Shown here piece by piece: positions 25,760-36,995 of a stretch of DNA of 64,000 bases (position 1 is the stretch's first letter; each line of letters starts with the position of its first letter). The stretch is from Camelus ferus (Eukaryota): the NCBI RefSeq assembly GCF_009834535.1, contig NC_045697.1:60266001-60330000 (forward strand), in the 5' to 3' direction. The position numbers and the translations under genes were made by a program. The notes under the pieces were generated by a model. That model did not search any database. It saw nothing but the letters and a program-made list of their open reading frames with translations, and had not been told where the DNA came from.

Positions 25760-27824
25760 CCTTGTACCCTGTAGATCTAATTTATTCCACAAGTTTGGGA
25801 AATTGCTTCTCTATGTTTCCCATGAGCTTCTCTTTTGAAGGGGAAGCCTAGAAAGAGAAGTTTTGTAGGACAAACTACTTCCCTGTTTGCTAACGTTGGT
25901 GGCAAAGCCCCAAATCACCTCTATTATCTATTCTAAATCTTTCACACTCTAACCCTCAGCTAGCTCCTTGGCAGGTCTTGGTGGCTTACATGGTCATGCG
26001 ACTTAAACCTTCATTACTGAAGCATCTGAGCTATTGGAAATGTCTTTTTCAGGCCAGTCTTGCTGCACGTGTCCTTTCACAGTTCCAGTGGGGTAAAAGA
26101 ATATGAGGAGGAAACCATGGGAATCACATGAGTTTCATATTTATTCTTCCCTGTCCCCCTTTTGTAAAAGTATTCACACCACTTCCTTGTGATCAAGGTA
26201 ACCCTTGTCGTGATGATAACTCTTCTTACTTGCTGGTGCTTGGACACAAGGACTCTAAAGTGCTTTGGCAACAGCTGTACATTGTAGTCCACTGGAGCAC
26301 TTCCTCTGTCCCCTGGCAAAGTGCACTGTTTGGGGTCCAAGACTTTAAACCATGTAAATTAGGGCAAGAAGCACACCCCCCTCAATAGGTCTTTTTGAGT
26401 GATGGTAAGTGGAGTCACTTTTGCTTCCACTCTTTGGTTGGTGGACCCATGTATTTGTCCTCTGTGGATATCACCATGTGAAGGTCTCTAATGTATCACA
26501 CTGTGTCCCAAAGGATGTCATCCCATTCTTCCAGAAAGTTGTCTCTGAATTGGTACTTTAGCTGTGCCATTCTAATTCCCTGTAAAGCCAACCATTTCCG
26601 GATGGTACAATATTTTATGCTGCCGGTGAATTCCATGATCCTATGGTCATGGGTGCACTCACATACCTGCTTCAACATGAAGCATTATCTGGCCAGATGC
26701 TGTGTTCTGCGCATTATGCCCTTGAGGAGCACACATTCCGTAAGACCTCAAATCATGCTGTTGGTTAAGGATCTGTGGGCAGGAAAGGGAAAGGCATTTA
26801 ATACACAAAATAATCACGCAGTCCCTGTGTGTAAATGTTGGCCCTTCTAGTATAGAATGTGTCTCGTAATAATGTCATTTTCTGCCACCATGACCGCTTT
26901 ACTCACGTGCTTGTTGTGCCCACCCGGAGTTAAAAGTGGTGATGGCCACTAGTATTTACTGACCAACTCATTGTGCTGACTCTGTTATTCAATTCTTCTT
27001 ACTTTCTTGGTGATTTTCTGTGATCATTAACACATGACACGAAAATTTTTACTCTTTGTGCCCAATACTAATGTCCATCCACATGCTTCTGTCCCAAATA
27101 TCCATGTTGCCAGTATTTCAGGCTTTATTCTTTCAGGCCCTGATCTGATGACCAAGCCATTGACCATTGCCCAAGAATGTATTTATATCTATATCTGTAT
27201 CATCATCTATATCTATCCCTATCTATCATGTCCTCTCACTGGGCTTCTTCCCCTTCCGCATGAAGTAAATGAACAATACAATGCTTGCAGCTCCACCTAT
27301 TGGGAAGGTTGTCTTTCTCCACTATCTTTCAAGGGTACTTTTTTTTTTTTACTTTTTAATTGGCACCCACATAGCAAGGTAAACCATCTATCAAGCAGTC
27401 TTGTTCATTTCCCTCTCCTTTGACTGTTTATACTGGGACACTGCTAATTGCAGTGGTCTACACTTACTTTTCAGCTACTTCCACCTCTACAGAGACCAAG
27501 TGGCAAAATAAATATATGTATGATAAGTATTAGTATCTTGGCATCGTTGATATCTTTAATCATGGCATGAAACTCCACCATCTTTCTTTCTCCTTCCAGG
27601 ATACTTCGTGTTTTAGATTTGCTATCTTAGCCAATGTGTGAGGGGGATACAGATTCAGAGGTTTCTACTTGGACTTTGCTGCTATGATAGCTTTTACCCA
27701 CAGACCAAGAAACAAATGTGGAGGTTACTCCAGTTGCCAAGTGTATCAAATCCAATTATTCATTAAGACTGGAGAAGTAACCATTAGGTGAGTCGCTGGG
27801 TGCAGTGGGCCAAAACATCATGCT

Positions 27825-27960
27825 TTGTATATCATGTCAAGGTGCTTGCCAGTTGTGCATCTAATAATGTTGGGAATGTAATAAATAAATTTAAGAAATT
27901 TTATTAAATGAGGTCATTGGTGCCTAACAAATTGTAAGCTCTCAAAAATTAATGGCTTTT
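27825..27960 (+). mobile_element. MIR-like SINE nested in the ERV-L protease region
   Basis: cagttgtgcatctaataatgttgggaatgtaata, attaaatgaggtcat and gtgcctaacaaattgtaagctctcaaaaat match the MIR core and 3' end. Confidence 0.6.
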
Positions 27961-29640
27961 TTTTTTCTTGTGAGCAGAAATTTAGTTAACATGCTATTCC
28001 AATAGGAGGAGAATTTGATGTTTTGGGTCTTCAGTTAGCACTAAAATCATTTGCTCGGTCCCTTTGTATTTGTAATGCCTGGGTAATCTCTTTTTCCCAC
28101 TGTAAAGTCACCTGGTTAAATGACCATAGGTCCCTTTGGGGGAGACTAGATGGATTATTACAGTATTTACTTGCAGTAAATACTGGGACTCAAATACTTC
28201 TTCAGTCAGAGGTTTTGACATAAAAATTGGGTCTGGTTGAGGTACTGAGCAAGGGATCATGACTTAATTGAAAGACTGCCTTCATCCTCCTGATACTCTG
28301 TTCTTGCCTTTTTCTGGTTGTGGATGGTAAGTACCACACTTGCTGGCTGCCCATTTATTTTGTCCCCACTGACAGCATGCTCTATTTTCCATTTTCACAA
28401 CTCACTGTGTATCAAGCCTCCTTGAATATGCTTCTACCACGCTGATAATTAAGGTAAATACAGACTCCTGGCTTTTGACAATTGAGAACTGTCAGTTTAA
28501 AACTGCCACCCGACTTCTATTATTTTAGGGCTGTATTAATCCCACCAATATCATCAGAGTTCTCTGATGCTCTCTTTCCCTCAGGGTTAGCTTGCATGGT
28601 CCCCTGAACCTAGTGATGATGGTGCTCCATCAGTCAGTGCATTCTTGTATTCTTGGTGAGTAGATTGTCCTCTAGGATCTCCTGTGAAAGATCATCTTCT
28701 GTGAGTCTTCTGGCCTCACATTTTATATATATTCCAGCATTTCTACTACTCTCAGTTCTTTATTTATTACTCTACCACCTGCCATGACAACTCAGGGGTT
28801 TATATTTCATTCAGTGTTGACCATCACTTTCTCCACACTTCTATAAGCCACTCTAGTAGCAACTTTGCCCCAAACTATTGGTGTTCTTATCTGTTGAAGT
28901 CTGGTATCCCAATAAAACGCCTTCAAATCAAGGACTTCTTCTGTATCTAGTCTTATATTCTAGTCCAGATAATTAGGTATACTCTAAACCAGTTTTAAGG
29001 ATACTCTTGTCTTCTTACTTAATCACTGCAGCTCTTTTAGTATATGGTTTCTTCCTTGCCTTATTGGGCCCTGAGAGTCCACAGCTGAGTTTTCCTGGGA
29101 TTTACCCCTAGTCAGACTGGAAGCCAAGGGAGACGGAGACAGCTCCTGAGCTGAGCACCTACTGTCTCTTGAGAAGAGTCTTCTGTAGCATTTTCTAGGA
29201 TGGGAGTAATGCTGGAAGAAGTGGGTCAGCCACTTTTGTGAGCACTGAGGATTTAAAAGTCTCTGTAGAGACAACATCTTCTGGGGTATTAGTCATCTAT
29301 ATGATCTCCTCCCATATTGCTGGGGCCCAAGTTTTAACAATAAGCGTCTGACTTTAGCATAATAACCTGATTTGTTTGGAAATTTAAATATCCCATGAGC
29401 TCTATAATTCTACCTGGTCCTCAGTCTGCTACTCAGCTATATCTTCTCATCCATTCCAAGGAGATAAGTGCCTCTCTGGAAGTTAATAAAGAGACTCCCA
29501 CCCCACTTTCATATGTAGCTGTATATATATATATAGCTTATTAAAGACCCTCAGCTTCTCATTCCTCTGCAATGTGTCAACACAACTCAGCTGTAACCCC
29601 GAGACAGACTGCTATCCCTATAGGCATTGTTCCCACTTAC

Positions 29641-30405
29641 AATACCGTAATTTATAATAAGGAATATATATTTGCTCTTCATCTCAGTCTCTGACATGGA
29701 GCTCCTAAAACCATTGGAATTTTCTAAGTGGTGAGAGCAATGGAGGTATCTTTTGTTATGTTAATGAGGTGAGGTTTGGACCCCAGCTAAGGATGTGGAC
29801 TGATCGCCAGAGGAGCCAACCACGTGATTAGATGGTTGGAACTTTCAGTCTCACTTCCTGACCTCCAGAGAGGGGAGAAAGGCTGGCAATTGAGTTTAAT
29901 CAGCAGTGGCCAATGATTTGATTAGCCATGTCTATGTAATTAAGCCTCCATAAAAACCCAAAAGGAAGGGGTTTGTAGAGCTTCCGGGTTGGTGAACACA
30001 TGGAGATTTGGGGTGAGTGGTGCACTTGGAGAGAGAGGGCATGGAAGTTCTGGGACCCTTTCCCAGTCTCTGCCCTATGCATCTTTTCCATCTGGCTGTT
30101 ACCTGGTAAGTGCATTTTTTTTTCTGATTTCTGTGAGCTGTTCCAGCAAATTCATGAAACTGAGGAGGGGATTGTAGGAACCTCCCGATTTATTGCTGAA
30201 TGGTCAGAAACACAGGCTTGTGATTGGCATCTGAAGTGGAGGCAGTCTTGTGGGACTCAGCCCTTAACCTGTGGAATCTGATACTATTTCCAAGTAGATA
30301 ATGTCAGAATTGAGTTGAATTGTGGGAAGCCTAGTTGATGACAGAGAATTGCTTGGTGGTGGGGGAAACCCCTCACATATGCACAGATTGGAAATTGGTA
30401 CAGAA
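29641..30405 (+). mobile_element. MER21-like LTR element nested in ERV-L gag
   Basis: gagctcctaaaaccattggaattt, accacgtgattag...ttggaactttcag, gagcttccgggttggtgaacacat, gcagtcttgtgggactcagcccttaacctgtgg and gtcagaattgagttgaatt are MER21 hallmarks. Confidence 0.9.
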
Positions 30406-30600
30406 CCCACTTACCCCAGTATCTTCAAAGCCTGGCATCATTTACCTACAAGGGAATTTCCCTTGGGTATCTATCCTTGGATATCCTTGGGATATCTTTG
30501 CAGGTCACAAACAGTAAAATCTTGAATAATTAGAACATCACCAGCTGGGGCCTTGCCGGCTTCTAGTTAACATGCCTGTTTTCTCAGATCACTACTGGCA

Positions 30601-31032
30601 ATGTTTCTGTTTGTAGGGTTCCTCTGAGAAACCATATGCCAAGACAGAATTAGATATGTGAGTGAATTATTGCAGGAAATGTGGGTTAAAGATAAAAAGG
30701 AGGGAAATGAAGAGGTGCAGAGAGCGTTTAGCTGCAAAGATGCCAAAAAAGAGCAGGGAAAAGGAGGTTGGAAGAGAAAGAGTCTCAGATTGCAGTTCAT
30801 AGTCAAGAACGGTCTGGCAAGGTCAGCTGGGCCAAGGTCACTCATTAGAGAAGTCCTGCACCTCGAAGCGATGGTCCTCATTTGCACCCCAGGGTGCTCA
30901 CGCTTTGGCTGGAAGCAGCCCATGGCAGGCCTTGCCTGAGAGTGAATGTAGTGGGGATCCAGAGGGACAGCAGATGGATCCCTCAGCCAATTATGCAGGG
31001 CATCTAAGTGGGTCATTTTCAAGTCTGCCACA
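30601..31032 (-). mobile_element. LTR16-like ERV-L LTR (5' LTR of remnant B)
   Basis: Minus strand begins tgtggcagacttgaaaatg; homologous blocks to 25302-25759. Confidence 0.85.
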
Positions 31033-34000
31033 GAGGCTCTCAATGCACAGTAGATATTAAGTTCTTAAAATTAAGCATTCTCAGGTGCAGCAATTTACCA
31101 GGTCCTTAGGAATAAAGATTAGCATACTGATGCAGTAATCGAGGCCTCACTGGTAGAGTTTGGCTTTTGACATGCATTGAATTGGTACAACTATTTCAAA
31201 TATTTTGATCAAAAAATCTATATATGTACAATAATAAGAAAACATTTATTATTATAAAATGTTGGTACTGCTGAGTAGAAAATCACTTTGGTCCTTTAGT
31301 AAAACAATTGAATCAGCAACTGTACACATACCTGACTGAGGTCAGATATCAAAGACTTATTAGTGATACTTACTGAAATGAATAAACAGTATTCAGCAGC
31401 TCAGAAATTAATGTGACAACCCATTTTTTTCCTTAGAGATCTTTCACACTATGTAGTTAAAACATATATTTTCATTAAAAATATATATAATATATAAACT
31501 GCTGGAGTTAATGGATCAAATATTTCTTTTGGTTCATAATCCATGGCGATAGTGGATAGCCCTTAACTATCACGGACCTGCTTTGAGGGTAATTGTGTGA
31601 TAAAGACCAGTGGATATCATCCTCAGTGACTTGTGTGACCACTTGGGTTGGCTCATAGATAGTTGTAGATGATGACTACTCTGCTGATCACTCGGAGGCC
31701 GTCCTTTCCTGGTGTAGTTAAGGCATAATCACAGCCATCATCATCATAAGTCACATTTTCAGCACCCATATATATGGCTTGTACACTACAAAAGCTTCTA
31801 ATCTGATCACTTCCTTTTCTCTCTGAGACATCTCTTATTTAATATGAATTCCCCATATTGCAGCCACATTTTAAAAATTAAAAGCTGATTATGTTACATC
31901 TGTTCTTAAAATATTTTGAGATTCCTAGTCTTTTGTGACGAAGGCTAAAGTTTTGACATTGTTTTGATGGTCTGATGCTGTGGTGCTTCTGCCTCTTTCC
32001 GTAGGTTCATCTCTCTCCACGTTGCCTCTCCTGCCGCTGTATCATTCTCACTGGCCTTCTTTCTATTCCTACACAGTGTGCCATGCAGCATTCTGTTCCC
32101 CAGTGTGGTCCGCCCTCTCTGGTACCTCCATACAGAGCAAGAAGCAGACTTGTTTTGTGGAATCAATTTATCATTGGTCATTATTGTCCTACAAGGAATT
32201 AAGTTAGTTACTTTCTTTATCTCAGACCTTCCATGAATAATAATACATTTAGGCTACAGTGAATGAAAAAGACTGAATCTTTTGTTTCAATTATTAGAAG
32301 GCAACTATAAAATGGAAAGAAAACTGAGCATGGCAGGGGAAACTGTGGTTTTAGTTTCTGCCTCTCCCACTTCCTAACTGTGTGACCTAATCCTTTGTTT
32401 CTTCAACTGCACATTTGCTAAAAATAAGTTTAGTGAGTTGTAAGGATGAAATGGCATGTTTTATTTTAACAGAATTTGTAAATTATTAATAGAGTTCAAG
32501 AAACTCTTGGTATCCTATTATTCAGGACAGGGCCGGCATTCAGTAAGTACATACTGAAATGATCTAAATGTTCCATTCAAATGCACTCATGTAGAAAAAT
32601 AAAATCACAAGAAATTTCACTTTATGTTACATGTAAAACATTCTTTGATTTAGCATATAAGTCAAATGGTTATGTGTATTGTAGTTTCATTGCACAACTA
32701 TTTAAAAGACAGCAATTTAAAAAATAATTATAGTCCAATCCAGTGTGTAAGCATATCATTCTGTTATAAAATGTATAAAGTAAAAAGATAATGAAGAGAA
32801 TCTTTCTTAATTTTCCTGAGACAGGCATTCTGTATTTTGCTCTATTTCCTCCTGATTATTTTCTTTTAATGCATGCCAGTATGTAGAGCATTCATACATT
32901 ATCTTAGAATTATTCTGTATATTTCAATCTGTTATCTTTAAAAAAAAGAAACCGTTGTTTTATGGACCATATTGTTCCACTACGTTCTGAAGAAACTCAA
33001 ATGCACCAGAAACTCAAATGCATTTCCTCTATGTCCTCTGATATTTTGAGGATGATATTATGGTATTTCAAATAATATCACCTAAATATAGATATTTGTG
33101 AGAGTATCATCTTCTCCAGCTGCAGTTGTTGCCTGAAACTTGCACCTTTCCTAAAATGGGCTGTTAGGAATCAGATTAAATCATCAATAGCCTAATGTAA
33201 TTTCCTGATAATCTTACTTCCCTCAGGATGATGGCATACTGGATTTCCTGGAAAAAATCCATTGCTCTACGTGACAGGACTGAACATTTTTAACCTGTTT
33301 TGTGAAAAATGCAGCTCTTCTGTTCCATTCAAAAGTGTTTTGGTTCAGTTATCTGTTCAAGAGTGTGTTCTGCCAAGAAGATCAAAATTTTCATTTCTTT
33401 AGGAGATGAATTCCCTCAGGAGATTCAGGTGGCCTGCTCTTTGTCTGAGGAACACCTAGCCAGTTTGTTCCTAATATCATTTTGCAAATACTTCACTTTC
33501 TCACTGAATCATGTTAAATTCATTGAGTGGGGCTAAGTCTTCTCACCTACTTCTGTACATCCTAATGAAATATATAGCAACAGGAAAATGGGTTGTTAGT
33601 CACAGATGGTAAAAATAGGTGTTCGGTACGTGCCTTTCTTTTTCATACAAAATAGAACATTTTAAGACAAAGCTAAAACCTGCTGATATCTAGAATGAGT
33701 TGGGCCACCTCTGCTCTCACTTATGTACATCTTAACTTCATCAGGAATAATAGACCACAAATAAAAGCAGAATTTGGCTCATTGTTTAAAGCCTCTGATC
33801 TCCCTTCAGTAAGCAACATTAATTCACTTTTCCTCCTATCATCACATATGCATCCTTTTAAAAAATGTTTGCATTCCTCAACAATGTCCAGAGGAGGGAC
33901 CATTTTATATACACTGCTGACTCTGATTCCACACTGACAGCTGCTGACCTCGTCTGGGTTTTGGGTTAAGTGCAGTGGATAGCTTTATCTGAGGGTATCA

Positions 34001-35299
34001 TGGGTGATTTGCTCTAGGAATAGTAAAACAAGGACACGAAGCCAAGATTCTTAGAGTGCTGCCTGCAATTCACAGCAGGTAGTCAACTGATTGATATGAA
34101 CATTGCCTTTTCTCCCCCTTAACAATGTTTACTAGTGAGAAAGTGGGGAAGTAGAGATTTTCTTTTTCCTTCATTTGAGAGATCTGTATTTATAGCTTTA
34201 ATGTTTGGTGCAGCCAAACCTTTTGAAAAAAGGTAATGCTATCAAACAAATCTGAGCCAACGGGAAAAATGAAACTAGGAAACAACATGGTCCTGTCTTC
34301 CTGGTTTAAATTTTTGAGAATCAGAGTAACTTGTTAAAGTTAAGTTGTTGGTTGGAGCAAAATGATAGCAATTTTAATATCCTAATTCCTAAAACAATAT
34401 TTGCTAGGTGTTCTGATGCAACCCCTAAACATCATCTGGTTCTTGGCAAAATTATTGTGCGAGGCAGTCGTAAAATATTTCCGGGAACCATAATGGCTGT
34501 ATAAAAATATCAATTAAAACATGCCAGCAAGGAAATAGTTTAGACTTTGATCTTCCGTGGGTTTTCTGTGTAGAAATAAAAAGCCATTATTTAATTGTGC
34601 TACTTGTAACAACATTTAAAGCACAGCTGTGAAATACAAAGTGCTTACCTTGGGAAACCTCTCTCTCTCTCTGTACATCTGAAATCCAAATTAGATCCAC
34701 TTCATTGATTAAAAATATTGCTTCTAGTGATTTGCCAAAAACTGTGTTCTGAAATTTAAATTAGGTTAAGTATTTTGTAGCAGACTGCCATAATAATTTT
34801 CCAAAGCAATAAAGTCAGTTATCAGAATTAATGATACATAAAATTCATTCTATGATTTTACTTACATCACCTTGCAGCTCTCTTTTTTTTTTTCTGTTTT
34901 CAAACAAACTCCTGTAACTCTAATGTGCATCTTTCCTCCACAGTGACGCTGGCTGTGGCAGAGAGGACAACAAGATTCAATATAATTCCTTTAGAGGTTC
35001 TTGTTTGTGTTCAGAAGTTGTGTGAAACACATATAGGAAATTGATAGCCTATATCTGCGAATGTGAAACCCTCTTAAGTGGCAGTTACCCCTTAAGCATC
35101 CTTCCCCAGGGCTACAATGATGGAGTAGCTGGCATTACCTGCTGAATGAAAGGAGCAGTTGCCACTTGAAAAATCAAGGGATGGGCCCCTGTAGCTTAAT
35201 GACTCTCTCCCTACAGCTGCTGAGGACACAGGTCTCCCTACCCACCCCCCTTGTTAGAAATGTGATGACAAAGAAAATCTTTTTTACTTAAATTATTTA

Positions 35300-35480
35300 T
35301 TCCATCATTCATTCTGTCATTTAGTCCATTCTGTCATTTACTCCATCAGTTCTTCCCTAACTAAGCAGGTCCAGAGCACCTGCTGTGTACAGACACAGCA
35401 CCATGGATTTAAGGGACAGAAAGAGAGAGCTAGTCTCTGTTTTCATGGAGTATGTCATAGGAGGAGACAGACATATACAC
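35300..35480 (-). mobile_element. L2 3' end with degenerate (CATT)n-type tail
   Basis: cattcattctgtcattta twice, gagcacctgctgtgtacagacacag, gtctctgttttcatggag. Confidence 0.65.
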
Positions 35481-36869
35481 CTCAAGGCACGAATTAAGTT
35501 CTACAATAGCACAAATTAGGGAATTAACAAGTCTTCCTAAAATGCTCACTGACGACATTTCTCCAAGGTTCATCAAAGGATAGGTTTTAGATGCCTGGTG
35601 GCTTTGTGATTCCCTCATTGCTGTGAATGTCTAACAGGAAAAAAAATACAAATGATAATTGTTCAAAAATAGCTTAACACATTCAGCTTACTTAGTAAGA
35701 TGCCATCTAGGTCAAGTGACTTGTGGCTGCAGGATGTGTCGTTTTATTTTGCCTGAGTTAAGGAGCATATCATGAACATCTCAGAATGCTCCTGGGATCA
35801 CTGGGTATCTGTTGTAAAGGAGAACAAGCCAAAGAGCAATCAAAGCAGCGCATCTGTCCTACCATTTCAATTCATCCTCCGCCACCGCTATGCTGGCCAT
35901 TCAAGGGTATCTCCTTTTAACCTGCTGTTCCTGTTAGCGCTTTACCTCTCATTTTACTTTATTCTGTTTCAGCCCCCACAAAATTCTGTAGAGCAGTGTT
36001 TCTTCATTTTATTATACCATTAATAAGGACACCTAAATATCTTACCCATTTTCAGCAAATTCCCAAGTAATATTGATTTTCATGCTGCTGTAATTCAAAT
36101 GGCAAATCTTGACCATCATATATAAATAAAATACTTTATTTATGTTTACTTTTATTTAGTTGGAATTATGAAGATTACTGTGCATATTTTTCAGTCTTCT
36201 GGTGGAAAATGTTTTAAATGTATAATGGGCATGATATGAAAGTGGTGTGTTTACTGTCATAAAAAATAGTTCATAGTAAATTGGCAAAATACATTGAGAT
36301 AAGATGAGTGTCATATATTTAATTAAATGAATTTTAAAAAATCTTTCTCAGTAGGTCATTAATTTCTTAGCTAAGATTCAGACTATGATGTAACAAGTAT
36401 GTGATGGACAGTGTTTTTTGGTGATAGAAACCTGGATAGGAAAAAGGCCAAGACTATGATTAAAAAAAAATACAGCATGCCTCTAGGGATGACAGATGGA
36501 CATTTTGACATGTAGATGGATGAACAGTTAATCTGATGGTCATGAAAAAATTGCTTCTCTGTGGGAGCAGAGAGATGGGTGGGTAGATTATATGCTGTTT
36601 AAACATTAAACTTTAAACTGTTAAAATGGAGGGTGTCTGAGGACACATTTGGATACCCCATAACTTTGCCTAAATGCTTGAATAAGCATTGTTCATACTT
36701 CACATTAGTAATCAGAGAATGGTGTAATTCACAAATTTGTTCAAAGAATAAATCCTATGGTGATATAAATACTTAGATTGTATTATTTAAATTGCCTGAT
36801 TCTACAATGCTGATCTTAGGTGATATAGACTATGCTACAGTTGAACTTTTTTTTGACAGAATGACACAG

Positions 36870-36995
36870 CTTCTGTCAAATCCTCGAGGGCAGAGGCCAT
36901 GTCTGACACATCTATGTATTCTTAGCATTTACCACTATAACTGAAGCATACAAGCTTCAAGTATATGCTATTCACAGATGGATGAATGAATGAGC
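36870..36995 (+). mobile_element. L2 3' end
   Basis: tcctcgagggcagaggccatgtctg...gatggatgaatgaatga tail. Confidence 0.7.

Larger units (their letters stand above)
25760..30600 (-). mobile_element. ERV-L internal remnant B (HERV16/ERV3-16-like): gag-pro, RT start, deletion, RNaseH-IN-dUTPase; non-coding
   Basis: dUTPase-like LDPKQCTLPGD...LLPKHFRVLV (ORF 26077-26340); integrase KQVCECTHDH...AQLKYQF...WDDILWDTV (ORF 26496-26678); RNase H HSWAMVNGL...IWDRSMWMD (about 27080-27190); RT start VKAIIAAKSK*KPL...AMIKDINDA (about 27500-27700); leader ttgccagtagtgatctgagaaaacaggc next to the 5' LTR. Confidence 0.9.

Noticed and set aside
26077..26678. Possible domesticated ERV-L integrase or dUTPase ORFs
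   Set aside because: Short, frameshifted and degenerate at conserved motifs; consistent with neutral decay.
27850..27875. Apparent second protease active-site motif (PTLLDA on the minus strand), suggesting a duplicated protease
   Set aside because: It falls inside the MIR-like insert, and the real protease sequence continues on either side.
25297..31037. TSD for provirus B (cagac versus gaggc)
   Set aside because: Only 3 of 5 bases match and the LTR ends are uncertain, so no TSD is claimed.
30567..31043. Longest ORF in the window (158 aa)
   Set aside because: It lies almost wholly within the LTR16-like LTR and resembles no protein I recognise.
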